Part shown: one piece after another, positions 26,745-44,273 of the stretch
How the letters are laid out: every line of letters begins with the position of its first letter
Position numbering within the stretch: the stretch's first letter is position 1
NCBI GenBank assembly: GCA_951406725.2
Contig: OX597818.1
Location: 145,514,001 to 145,578,000, forward strand
Length of the DNA stretch: 64,000 nucleotides
Direction: 5' to 3'
From: Octopus vulgaris
Taxonomy: Eukaryota
Position numbers and translations under genes: made by a program
The notes under the pieces: generated by a model
Databases searched by the model: none
What the model was told of the DNA's origin: nothing
What the model saw: the letters and a program-made list of their open reading frames with translations, nothing else

Positions 26745-27041
26745 GTGATACACGATCCCTATTGATCGTTTTTTTTTCCTCTTCCCCCTTTTTTCCCCTT
26801 TTTTCTTCTTTTTTCATTTCTCTTTCCTTTTGTTCGTTTTCCTTTTCTTTTTTTTCTTTTTCTTCCTTTTATTTTATTCAATTTTTTTTTGTTCTTTTCT
26901 TCCTTTTACGATCCCTCTTGATCGAAAACCTACGCCACCCCCTTTTTTTTTCTTTTGTTTTTTGTTCTCTTCATCCCCCAAAAGAAAAGCTCTACCTTGT
27001 AACTTGTCCCATCTGTGTGCAGCCCTGTGTGGCCAATAAAC

Positions 27042-27097
<56 letters not shown>

Positions 27098-27100
27098 ATA

Positions 27101-27157
<57 letters not shown>

Positions 27158-27297
27158 CTCGGCAGATTCCTACAAAATCCACTCAGAAGGCTTTCTTCCG
27201 AATTTAATAGAAGACAATTGCCCAAGGTGCCGCGCAGTGAGACTGAATCTAAAGCTACATGCTTCCAAAGCTGGCTTCTCAGTCACACTATGGATAC
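26327..27297 (-). mobile_element. SINE family A copy split by (CTAT)n and a nested insertion
   Basis: 3' half at 26327-26640 and head at 27155-27297. Confidence 0.7.
26745..27042 (+). mobile_element. Pyrimidine-rich LINE 3' UTR (L1/Tx1-like) inserted in (CTAT)n
   Basis: T-rich body ending CTTGTAACTTGTCCC...GGCCAATAAAC, with (CTAT)n on both sides. Clade is inferred, as there is no ORF. Confidence 0.5.
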
Positions 27298-28136
27298 CTT
27301 TTTCTGAATATCTTTTGTACGTATTTGGAAGTTATGTTAATGGTATAACACCCTTTATTTATTGTGACGCATATTCTCCATTATATACAAAACATAACTG
27401 CTTTGAGAAATCTTGTTTGCAACACGTAGGTTTACTAATAGTTCATAAGCATAAATATTTGTATGTATATGTATGTGTATGTGTGTGTGTGTGCGTGTGC
27501 GCGCGGGTACATTTAAACAAACGTGTTAAGCATATTACATTTCAAAACTGCTCGAGACTTTGGAAGCTGAGACTGTGGAAGTGTTATCTTGTATTAAATT
27601 TAATAACTAACTGTCTGCATGCCCGTACACTTCTATACTTATTACATGTACTAGTGTTGATCATATATGTAGGTAGGTAGATTGGCAGGTAAGAACACAA
27701 AAATCGATTAGAAGAAGGAAATATCATAAAATATTTTCAACCTGTGTAATCAGCGCCTATATTTGCGAAATGAAATCGAACGAACTGAATGTGATACGTA
27801 ACCATTTCAATAGCAATGTTGGCTTTCACAGAAAGAAAGATGGACACTCACAAAGAAATGGAACGAAGCAGTAGACGGAAAATGGTGTTAGAGATGGTGC
27901 GAGTGATCAGGAAACGTTTATAGAAAGTAGTCATGTGTGTGTGTGTGTGTATGTGTGTGTTTGTTTGTGTGTGTGTGCATGTATATGTTTATATGTATAT
28001 GTGTATGTATGTATGCTTTTATGTATTTATGTATGCATGTATGTATATATGTATATTACACATACTGATAGGCACATTCGAAAAATAATGCATGTGCATC
28101 TAGTTATAAGATAGGAAATATAGACCAGTGAATATA

Positions 28137-28203
<67 letters not shown>

Positions 28204-28671
28204 TTACCTATCTACATACTTATTTATCTATCTATTTATCTATCAATCTATCTATCTATCTCTCTACTCACACACATACACACATGCATATATTAATGTA
28301 CATGGAGAAGGAAAAAAACATTAACAGCTACATATAGATGGACATAAAATTAGAGCCAAAAACAGGTGTGTGAACGGGAGAGGGAGAAGAAGAGGAAGAG
28401 ATATAAAGAGAGCCGTGGGAGGGGTACTGAGAATTATATATATATAGACAGCTAGGTAGAGAGATTAATTACAAGTTTTATGTTATATGAAAAGAAATGT
28501 GAAAGATATTTGATGAGTGTCAAATGCATTCATGCGTTTTCTGTACATGTGTCTGATTATATAGACATACAGTTCTGCATTTACAAGTAACAACTACTCG
28601 TATTCTAAATGAAACTCTGTATATGTATCAGTGTCTATGATTGATTGGCTATGCCTATATGGTGACAATTA

Positions 28672-28741
<70 letters not shown>

Positions 28742-28750
28742 TATATATAT

Positions 28751-28939
28751 GTACCGTTGGCGATTTTGTTTCCTCTGTCTTCCCTTCTCTGGATCTTTCC
28801 TTCTCCTATGTATCCGACGAAGAGCTCCGCTCGAAACGTTAAACCCTCCTTCTTTCCTTCTTTCCTGAGCGTCCAATAATACTATATTTGTGCCACGTTC
28901 TCGCGTTGTTGTGTTTTTTTTGTGCTTTCTTGTTTGGAT

Positions 28940-28943
<4 letters not shown>
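28751..28943 (+). mobile_element. Penelope-like pseudo-LTR in (TA)n with a one-base-mutated minimal HHR
   Basis: 28814-28844: CCGACGA A-GAGC-TCC-GCTC GAAAC GTT AAAC (core U4>C; palindromic AACGTT stem III); (TA)n on both sides. Confidence 0.65.
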
Positions 28944-28999
<56 letters not shown>

Positions 29000-29033
29000 T
29001 AGATAGATAGATATAGATATAGATAGATAGATA

Positions 29034-29287
29034 GAATACAAAGGAGTGACAGAGGGAGAGAGGAGAAATGGAAAGACAGGAAAAGACGTCAACAAGAAAC
29101 TATGGCATTACAACCTGTCAGGAACAGTCTTCGCTACATTTGCGGTACCTGCCAGAAGGAGTGTTTGTCCGGGATAGGACTACACAGCCACAGCAGGAAA
29201 TGTATCAGGACATGAAATGTAAAAGCTGGACTAGACTACTTTATGCGCAACTCCATTGTCTCCCGAGACAAAAAGGATGCCAACAAT
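29034..29287 (+). mobile_element. Short 3' fragment of the same RTE family as 30039-33320
   Basis: Colinear with ~33046-33320; encodes YICGTCQKECLSGIGLHSHSRKCIRT*. Confidence 0.9.
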
Positions 29288-29299
29288 ATATATATATAT

Positions 29300-33320
<4,021 letters not shown>

Positions 33321-33479
33321 ATATATATATGTATGTATATATATATATATATTTTTATATATATATATATATCCTCTATCCCCAGTCCAAAACCTGTTCA
33401 CTTGGCATGTATGCCCGTACACTTCTATATTGTCAATATTATTTTATTTCTTTTTGACCAATGTGCTCTGGAAAGTACT

Positions 33480-34295
33480 TGGTATACGTTTTTTTTTTTT
33501 ATCCAGTCTAGTGAAATGAATCCTCAACTCTATCTCTTCAGCCTTTTGCCAGTGTGGTTCTATTGAACTCTTCATGGTCACCTTGTCCGGCAATCTAAAG
33601 CTGATAATCGGACGCACATTTCCTATGCAGAAACAGTAAACTGACTTGAGATAAAGCTGCCAGATTTCACGTGCATGTAGACTGGAAGTGACTACTACTG
33701 TTTGATAAACTTTGATTTTCGTTTTTAGTCTGGCGTTTTTGTGGCTCAGCACACATAACCCTGGTAACTAACTTTACTTGAGCATGCAGCTATCTCCTTG
33801 TCAAGAGAAGAGCGCCGTTGAAAGAGATAACACTTCCCAGATTAATAAAATAATCAACGATTTTGAGGTTCGTGCCCTCAATGCGAAACTCTTGAGGGGG
33901 CAGCTTTGTTGTTCACGTAGCATGTTTGTTGAGGAATTCTACTTTGCTGAGACTAATTGTAAGTCTACAGAATTCAGTGTCAAGGGAGAGAACTTCTAAA
34001 ATTTCATTCGACCAATAATTAAATCATATACTGGAATACTGACTCTGATCTTTGGTTGCTACAGTGACAACGTCGGACATGTTTATGTCTCATTGTACTT
34101 TCTAAGTGAAGAACATATTGAGTACAAATATACCTGGTCACTGAACGACTTCATATGTATATAGTTTTGGTGTGAAGAAATTTCACTGATTAAGCAATTC
34201 AGAATAAAAATGACATTGGAAAATTTCCCAAAGGTACTTTCGGCATGAAGAGCATTTAGTGCTTGACGTGGTGAGCCGAAAATAATTTTAATCAA
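33480..34295 (-). pseudogene. Older decayed RTE LINE RT fragment, tail-to-tail with the young RTE
   Basis: Minus-strand pieces IFGSPRQALNALHA, LTISLSKVEFL, IEGTNLKIVDYFINLGSVIS and KTKIKVYQTVVVTSSLHAREIW. Confidence 0.75.
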
Positions 34296-34368
34296 TTGAA
34301 ATTATAACCATAATGGGGAGAAAATTCATTAGCGTTAATGAAAAATATTCTCACAGGGGGCACTATGC

Positions 34369-34415
<47 letters not shown>

Positions 34416-34583
34416 TATGTATGTTGTAGCAAGCAAGATATCGCATACCAACCATAAATTATTGAAAAATCAATATCCAAGAATCGTGTTCTTATTTGTA
34501 ATGCAAAAATTATCGACATTCTCTTACTTGTTCCTAGTATGTATGTGCGTCTGGGTGACTGATTGATATATATACACACACAT

Positions 34584-34651
<68 letters not shown>

Positions 34652-34655
34652 GTGT

Positions 34656-34704
<49 letters not shown>

Positions 34705-34768
34705 ATATATATATATATATATATATTTGTGTGATTGATATATATACACACATATCAATCAGTCACCC

Positions 34769-34804
<36 letters not shown>

Positions 34805-34929
34805 ATAGGTAGGTATATATGTATGTATGTATATCAGACACATACATATTTGTGTTTATGTATGCATGCCTGTATGTATGTATATATGTATGTATAGTAT
34901 TATATATATTTTATATATATATATAAGAG

Positions 34930-35111
34930 TGGATATGTAATAAGCAGTTTGCTTCTGCGCTCAGTCCCACTGCGTTGTGCTTTGGGCAATGGTCTTCCGC
35001 TATAGCCCCGGGCCGACAAAAACCTTGTGGGTGAACATGGTAGACGGAAACTGAAAGAACTCCGTCGTATATATGTATATGCATGAATTATGTGTGTGTG
35101 TATGTGTGTAT

Positions 35112-35152
<41 letters not shown>

Positions 35153-35368
35153 CGTGTATATGTCTCTTTTTGTTTGCGATTGCCTTCTGTCACCGCCTGA
35201 GAACTGGTGTTGGTCTGTTTACGGCCCCGTAACTTAGCCTTTCAGCCAAAGGCACCAGGCTGAAATATAAAATGAGTTCTGGCGTCGACACATTCGACTA
35301 AAATTTTTTGAAGGTACTGCCCCAGCATGACCGTAGTCTAATGAGTGAGACAAGTAAAAGATAAAAGA
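34930..35368 (+). mobile_element. SINE family A copy
   Basis: CAGTCCCACTGCGTTGTGCTTTGGGCAA...GGTAGACGGAAACTGAAAGAA...(TG)n...GAGACAAGTAAAAGATAAAAG. Confidence 0.8.
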
Positions 35369-35671
35369 TATATGTACATTAATTATAAATATAAACAAGT
35401 GTGTGTGTGTGTTCGCGCGCGAGTGCCTGTGTGTGTATGTGTGTGCGAGTGCCTCTGTGTGTGTGTGTGTGTGTGCGAGTGCCTCTGTGTGTGTTTGTGT
35501 GCCTCTGTGTGTGTGTGTGTGTGTGTGTAATGTAAATATAGAAACTCAACACACCGGGAGAAATTTTAAACTATGTAATTAAAATGTCGCTAATTTTGTT
35601 GAGATTTGATATTGGAGAGATGGAAACACTTGAGAAAAGAACACTCATCATGAATGAATGTAATATGTCTT

Positions 35672-35897
35672 CTATCTTTTAATTTTTACTTGTTGCAGTA
35701 ATTAAACAGAGACCATACTGGGGCACCTCTTCGAAGAACTTTCAGTCGAAGGGATCGAACCCTGTACTTGTTTTTTCGTTTGTTTTGTTTTTGCTTTGTA
35801 GCTCGGTAGTTATTCTATCGGCTTCTTTTGCAGAATCGCTAAATAACAGGGACGTAAACACACCAGCACCAACTGTCAAGCGAAGGATGGGGGATAA
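35672..35897 (-). mobile_element. SINE family A 3' half followed by (CA)n
   Basis: GGACGTAAACACACCAGCACCAACTGTCAAGCGAAGG matches the reverse complement of the family body. Confidence 0.75.
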
Positions 35898-35910
35898 TCA
35901 CACACACACA

Positions 35911-35967
<57 letters not shown>

Positions 35968-35981
35968 ACATACACACACAC

Positions 35982-36049
<68 letters not shown>

Positions 36050-36052
<3 letters not shown>

Positions 36053-38617
36053 ATGGAAAACAAAACTTGCAGAAAACATCAACGACGTGCGCCGCCATAT
36101 TGGATGGTTAACTACAACAATAAAATGTAAGGAGAAAAATGAGTTTACGCCTCACCAACTCTACCTTGGACAAAAATGAACGAAACTTTATGGAAACTCT
36201 TTGCACCGAGCTCTTTGAAACATGAACTCAGGACGATGAGCGGGAAATTCCGCTATCGCAAGCAAATTTTCGAGCGAGCCAGTATCAATTGCAAGTTTGC
36301 TTTCAACCCACACGCATTATACAGGCAGATGAAGAAGGAAAATGCTACCATTGAGAAAGCTCCCTCCCAAGATCTACAATTTGAACCGAAAAGAGGGATT
36401 TCAACCTGAATGCATCATGTTAAATACAATTGAGAAAGAATAGTGTACCAACACTAAGAGTAAAATATACAAAATTGATGCAGAAACTTTCGCTAGAGCA
36501 GTAGGTATAAACCGCAGAATGGGAAGGCACCTGGAAGTGACCTAATAGTTGGATATTGATACAAGAAGCTGACATTTTATAGAAACCAATTGATATGTAT
36601 GTTCAAAAGGACTATGGAAGGTAAGGCTGATATACTAATTAGCTTGCTACAGCAAGGACAAATCTCGTTGCCAAAAATGAAATCACCGAAATGGCAGGAA
36701 ATTACAGGCCTATTGCTTGCTTAAACATTAGGTACAAACTGTACATAAGCTGCCTCAACCAATTCCTCCAGGACCATTGTGAGTCGAACAACATTGTGAC
36801 TGATGAACAGGCTGGTGGAAAGACGGAAGTGTGGGGATGTGCTGAACAACTTTTAATAAGCAAAGCTGGACTGTCTGAAGTAAAAAAACAACGCAGAAAC
36901 CTTGTGACAGTATGGCTTGACTCTGTCCCTCATTCATGGCTCTTGAAATACCTACATCTGGCAAAAGTACCTACTACCTTAATTGCTGTTATAGAGAGAC
37001 TCACAAAGACATGGACAACTATTCTTACCCTTACAACTGAGAACAGAATAATTGTTTCTAATAGTATAAGCATTACAAAGGGAATATTCCAGGGAGATAG
37101 TGTTTCTGTACTTCTTTTCATTTTGGCACTGAATCCATTATTGTTCCTACTGCAGAAAACAAATGGTTGCATGCTAAGATCTTCAACTGCCAGAAATATC
37201 AATGCAACTCATAATTTCTTTGGAAACGACCTGAAGATTTATACTAAAAATGTTAACAATACAAAAAAAAAACAAAAACAACTGAAATTAATAACATTTT
37301 CAGCTGATATAGGTATGGAAGTTCGCCTAAAGAAATGTTCATATTTGGTTAAAGAACGAGGAAAGTCAGTCCCCTAAACCCAAAACCTGTGCATAAACGG
37401 TTTCTCTATCTCCCCTATTCCACACAAAGAATGTTACAAGTACCTGGGCATAGATGAAAAGGTATCATATAAAAGCACTGTGAATAAAGATACAGCGACC
37501 CGAGAATATTACACCAGACTTAGGAAAATATGGCAGTCGGAACTCTCCTCTTACAACAAAACAATGGTATCACTCAGGCAGCACCTGCTAAACAAAAGCA
37601 GCAAATATAAATATATTAATTCAGTCCTGAAAAGTGGAGTGAGCAACATTGTACGAGTTGGCAGTGAACTCCTCAAGAAACACTCTCTTCCTGATGATCC
37701 TGATGATACAGCCCCAAAACAGCTGGGCTCTCTTACCTCAGAGAAGACCTGGATGGAAAGTAATCAGCATACAAAAAAGACGATGCGTGGGTATGCTGCC
37801 CGGAAGCTTGAAGAAGACAACAGAATTGACCCGAAGCGAGCCTCTCCTGAACACAAGACCACAACATCACATCACAATTTCAAGGCTATGTGCTTGCAAT
37901 CCAGGAACAGGAGACTGCCACAAAGTACCTGGTGAACAAGAGAGACAGTGACGCTCTTGTAATTCCAAGGTGCAACCGCATGTGTAGGCTATGTTATGTT
38001 TCTGTGGAAGACATTACGCATGTGATTAGCAGCAGTCCTAAAATGTCGTCCGGTACTACCTCCCTATTCAGCACGATGAGGGGCCAAGGTGTATACCATC
38101 ATAGAGGTCAGCTGTCCTTAGATATAAATATCTCTTTGAAAATCAAAGAAAAAGAAGATATCTATGGAGAACTGCTTCGAAACCTCCAGCTTCTATATCC
38201 GGACTATGAATTCATATTCATAGCAATAATAATTGGAGCACTAGGTTTTGTTAGTAAATGCCTAAAGGAGAATCTGGATAAAATGAGATTTTCAGAAAGT
38301 GAAATTGGCCGGCTGATTCGTACATTACAAGTGCAATCTGTGAGTGGAACAGTAAAAATATGCAAGACCTTTCTGAAGTTCCAAATGTGAATTTGTCTGT
38401 GTTAACTACATCGCAATGATGGAGCCTTGAATCTTTGTTGGAAACCAGCTCCCTCTTCAGTGGAAGATTTATAATAATTGAAAAATAGAAGAGACATATA
38501 TACAAACAAAAATACCCTGTTGATGATGTTGCAGTTCCAATGAAGGAGCCTTGGGTCTAAGTTAGAAATTGGTTCGTTCTCTATTCGCAAGAAAGCTTGA
38601 AATAAACTGAATAATGA
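36050..38617 (+). mobile_element. Decayed R4/Dong-clade RLE LINE between (CA)n and (TACA)n
   Basis: NYRPIACLN, EQAG, DSVPHSWL, GIFQGDS, NDLKIY, YKYLGIDE, CRLC...EDITHVISS (CCHC-like knuckle), IIIGALG and SGTVKICKTFL*. Multiple stops, frameshifts and internal deletions. Confidence 0.9.
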
Positions 38618-38776
38618 CATACATACATACATACATACATACATACATACATACATACATACATACATACATAACGTACTGTTCCGTGATTGTAAGATCA
38701 ATAAAAAAAAAGTACTTCATCGGGTAAGAGATAAATAGCATTTAATGGACACAATACATATTTCTATGTGCTACAA

Positions 38777-38822
<46 letters not shown>

Positions 38823-39474
38823 GTGTTGTGTAAAAATTTTATCCAGTCTGCCGACTAGCTACATATTAGCTAGGAGGTTAATCAGTCTTTCAAGTGAAGG
38901 CAAAATTTGATTTAGCAAGGTGTTGTTATTGGATGTAGACACTTGACATCTGCAACTGGTATATTTCTCTGTTTTTTTCTAATGTTTTAATACTATATGA
39001 AATGCTTTCTCGAGACGAATACCGCAGTATTCGGGCTTTCTGTAGTAATTATGAGAATGTGAATTTGAAAGAATACTGCTTTTGCCGGTAATAACGAATA
39101 TATCTACTTTTATGTATATGCATATATACATATATGTATGTATGTATATATATATATGTATGTATTCATATATATATGCTTACAATTTATATGGGCACAA
39201 TTTGGGCTACCTGGTGTCATCCGCTACCTGGGCTACCCTTGGTGTCAGGATATATTTCCGTTGGATCTACCTCAGGAACTCCGTAGCGATGCTCCATTCC
39301 CTAACCAGACCGGCATATAACAACATGACAGCCAAAACCCCGGACCTTTAGCGAGACACAACTTTCTGTATGGATGCACCTGACTGAGATCCAGACTGCA
39401 AATTTGATGCAATCGAACACATTAAGCGGAGTCCCATCCAGAAGGGTCAGAAGCCTTATATATATGGACATATG

Positions 39475-39530
<56 letters not shown>

Positions 39531-40497
39531 CTCATACATATACATGCACATATGCTTAATAGACATGCATAATATATACATACATATAAGTATATAAGTA
39601 TATAAGTATATATATAACATATATGTACACACGTGCACGCGCACGCACACATAATTCCGAATTTTTCTTTCCTAATACATATGTATAAAATCTTTTATTC
39701 TATTATTATTTTTATTTTTTTTTCAATAAAAATAATTTCACCAATCCTTCTAATATTTCCTCGCATTATTTCCCCCGTTCAGCGGATATATCAACTGCCT
39801 TCCTTCCTGCATCATTTCGAATTCACTGTTTTATCGATCTCATTGCTCCATCGTTCCGACTTGTTTTCCTTTCTGCTCTTCCAGTAAACATTGATTTGAT
39901 TCTAAAGAACAACGACAATGAAAAACTACTAAACAAGAACACAGTGTCAAAAGTGGTTACAGTGGAGGTGGCGGAGATGATGAAGGCGGATGCAGCAGCG
40001 GTGGTGGTGTGCTGTTGGTGTTGGTGTTGGTGGTGATATATAATTGCTAATGTTGCTTGTGATTATATATAGTACATTATATAATCTCTGATGGTTTTGA
40101 CAGTTAAAAAAAATACCTTCATCAGTATTTTTACCTGTTTTACTCTCCTGTAATGTTGTTGTTTGTGTTGTTGTTATTGCTCAGCCCCTTAGCCTCAGTT
40201 TAATTGTGCACCAGCAGAATTATGATATAAAGCATTTTTTTTACATCAAGAACTGCAATTCCTTCTAATTTTTTTTCTTTTGGAAGATTGTAGGATATGA
40301 TTTGATGAAATGTAGCTGCTATTTCTTACAGATCAAGTACGTGCATACAGGCTTGCTTCATATACTAGAGCAAAATGTTTTTGTGTTGTTGAGGTATAAA
40401 GTAATAGCGTAGTATTACACAACATTGTACAATATATAGCATATATACCTATACTACATATAGTATAGTACTATGTTGTGGAATATATAATGCTGTA

Positions 40498-40546
<49 letters not shown>

Positions 40547-41495
40547 CATACACATATGTAAGTACTTGTATATATATAAACGTGTGCGTGTGTATATAAG
40601 TATAGTTGTAGTATACATTCTGTCTGTCTATCTGTATATATATATATATATTGTTGTGGTATTATATATGCAGTATTGTTTCATAGTATGCTAGTGTAGT
40701 GTTGTATTACTGGTACTAGAATCCAATAACAGAAAGGCTTCGAGCTGAACTTGAATGATGTAGATAGTGGCAGCACTGTAAAATTGACGTGTGAGTTGGT
40801 GCTTTTCAATGTGTGTTAAGTTCATGCGATGTGGCAAATGCTAATTCTATTAGACTAACATCCTCTCCTATTTGTCTTTCATCGTCTTTATGTGTTGAAT
40901 AGCGGGGACAAATATGATCTCCATTTGGGCTTGTATTGCAAAATCAAAACCCCTCATGTATATGTGCATATCTATGTATGTCTGTAGGCAATTCTATACG
41001 AATATATGCCATGTTGTATTTAAAAAAAATCATCCCCAACAACTTTAGTACAGCGTCAGAGTGTTTTATAAACCTTTACACCCAACACTTAAGTTGCATT
41101 TTAATAAACGACCAATTACCCAGGATTGCGGATTTTACCTTCAGTTTTTGGAATCGATTCAAACGTTAAATTATCATAAATACTTTCTTATAATCATCAT
41201 CATCATCATTGTTGTTGTTGTTGTTATTATTATTATTATTAATTATAGATTGTGTTAAGCTGAGCTGAGACGAGATGCAATCGAGATGAAAAGTTTATCT
41301 TAATGGAATAAGCTTAATTCAAACGTTAAGATAGAAATATCATGTGTAATCCAGCTTATATAATGACAGTGGTATGTTACACGTAATCCGGATACATGAG
41401 AATGGCGTAGAAAGTAGACGCCAAAACAGATTCTGTTTTGATTCCCTGTTAGTCATCCTTTCCAGTCCATTTACGCAGCAATGTAAGTCCTCAGC

Positions 41496-41555
<60 letters not shown>

Positions 41556-41659
41556 ATGTATGTATGCATGTATGAATGAATGTAAGTACATATACATATA
41601 TGCACGTGTGTATGTACTATGTCTATACACTAAAGAATTGTTAAGATCAATATACCTCA

Positions 41660-42090
41660 TCAACAGGCAGTTTCATCTTGCGATTCTTCAGTCCGAGTAG
41701 ATATTTATTTGACCATCAAGATATATATATGTATAAGATGTGAGAACTTCATAAAATACGGACGTATTGGTCGTAATAAGTGCAATTAATAACTGACCTC
41801 AAGTTGTGAGCTGAAGGGAATACTAGGGTGAGAGATTTTTAGTATCGTGAGAATGGCGGGTGTATGTATGTGTGGTTTGATGATTCCCCAGGTTTTTTGT
41901 TGAGACTGTGTTGTAGTGGAGTGAGATTATGGGAGTGTTTCTGGGCATAGCGAAGGATGTGGGTAAACTCTGGTCAATGGTCAAATGAGATTATGGACCA
42001 GTTAATGGGCTGTACGCTAAAGTTGAGTGATGTTGAAGTAGGACGTCAAACAGTCGGCCCTGATTTTTTATAAACATAGACTTGCTGTAA
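41660..42090 (-). mobile_element. Possible decayed Penelope 3' end (GIY-YIG tail plus partial HHR)
   Basis: Minus strand QPINWSII...SLNKKPG resembles the H.I.W...LN...G GIY-YIG C-terminus; it is followed by CTGAAGA ATC-GCAA-GAT GAAAC at 41670-41691. Confidence 0.45.
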
Positions 42091-42875
42091 AAAGCAGATA
42101 ACGTTGTATTTTATTTTAATTATCTTATTCACGCTTGCACTAATATGCAAATCATACAAAGCAATTTAATTCTGTCTGAGCTTGCGTATACTATAAAGAA
42201 CTATAAGCTTTTATCATTTCTATGACAAGGAATGATCGACTGACAACATACATACGTCTGTATGTATATGTATGTATGTATATATCTACTCACACACACA
42301 CATATGTTCACAATGAATGTGTTTATTATATTTATTATTATTTTATATATGTAGATATAGCGAAATCAGAGGTGACAGGTGGTGGACTTCATCGACAAGA
42401 ATTATATTTACTGGGGAAAAAAAAAACTAAGAGAAAATAATTTTATGCCGTCAAGAGCCAACTTTCCGACGGTTCGGGCTTAAGATGAAGTTTTAAGAAA
42501 AATGAGAGAGATGAGTTTTACTACACAGAACAGCTAGGAGCAGCTTAGAGACAACACAAAACAACGTGACAATTCTAAGTAAACAAGAAGTAGAATGAAC
42601 GAGGAAATTGGTGAGAGAAGAAAGAAAGTACAAGAAAAGGAGAAAGGGAAGCTGGGCGAAGATAATAGGGAAAGAAAAGTAAAGGGAAAAGGGAGCTAAA
42701 CGATAAGGTAGTGATTACTGTGTCAAAATGGGTGAAAATGTACAAAGTAGAACGTTCATGTAAAACCCATTTTTGCCCAGGTGATATATACTTATAATGT
42801 TATATAATATACATTTATAACATTACCCATTATATCGATAATTTAGCATATACATTTATAATATATAACATATAA

Positions 42876-43400
42876 TCTAGTATATATAAATCACAGTATG
42901 TGTGTGTATAATGACTAACGCATGCATTTCCACAATTCTCAACCGATATTTCTCAACCTTTACACACACATCACTTATGTCCCAGAGATGGCCATGCGCT
43001 ATAATACTTTGCCTTGAGCTCCCGCGTTAATGTACGTAAATGGACATAGGTTTTTGTATGTAGGGTCTTCCATACATTTTAATCTTTTTATAAAAGTGTA
43101 AGTATTTTGTTTATTTATTTCGACTGTTCACCTGCGACGGTGATTAAATTGACTAGGAACACTGAACGCATACATTTCCACAATTCTCAGCTAATTTTCA
43201 CCAAACTTTGCTGATACATTACTCGCACTATAACATTTTGCCAAGAGCTCCCGCGTAAATGGACGTAAATGGACATAGTCATTTTTGTATGTAGCGCCTT
43301 CCATACTTTTTAAATCTTTTTATAAAAGTGAAAGGATTTTCTCTATTTATTTCGACTGTACATTTGCGACGCTGATTAGATTGACTTGGAATACCGTACA
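42876..43400 (+). mobile_element. Helitron-like 5' end with ~249 bp tandem duplication
   Basis: TCTAGTATATATAAA start and AACCGAT..../CACCAAACTTT motif; AACGCAT.CATTTCCACAATTCTCA starts at both 42917 and 43166. The duplication is certain, the Helitron call tentative. Confidence 0.55.
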
Positions 43401-44229
43401 CAATGAATATCCAATATCAAACAATCTTAATCTTCATATTTGAACTGCATTAAACTTTACCTACTCTGAGTTACTGGAAGAGTGATGTTTCCTTCCTTAT
43501 CTACTATTTGTTGATACCTTTGTTTACCTACGAATGCATTGTTTCACTTTAAGGAGGCTTATTTACCCATCTCTTATGATATTTCAACTGTTGTCCATTG
43601 TTTCAAATACGTTTCAGCATTGTCGTTCTAGCCTTTTTAAACAATCATATATGATTCGTCCCAAAGAATCAACCTTTAAATAAGAGTCTTGCCTCCATTA
43701 GCGAAATCTATTCGCATCTTTTAGAAAGCTCGACATTAATTTAACTTTATGCTGCATTCGCCGTTAGTTTATGCGCAGGCTATGTGGGAAGACAGAATAA
43801 AGGGACTTATCTCTCCAAAAAAATAGCTCCCTTTGCTGTTGAATAAAGTAAACTCAAGAGGGGAAGTTTCAATGTCTTCCTTCAGTTTCCTTACACCATT
43901 TATGTGGTTGTTTCTGACAAGAAATTTCGCTTTCATATAAAACAATTATACTTTGTAGTCATTATCCGTAATCTGCTCCCAAAACACTTCAATACCTCTG
44001 TTTTGCATCGGTTGCAAGCATATATGTTCTATGATCATAAACGTTTAACGACCTGCACAATAACCAGCCTTCAATTTGATTTTTCGTTCCTAGGTTAAAA
44101 GGAAACATAGATTGCTAGTCACAAACGTTGTAGGTTGTTCAATTATTTGGCGAAAAAATACCACCTAAGCTACTTATACTGTCCAAAGGACGGGTGCGTT
44201 TGCTAGTATTATATATTATATGTATGTGT

Positions 44230-44273
<44 letters not shown>

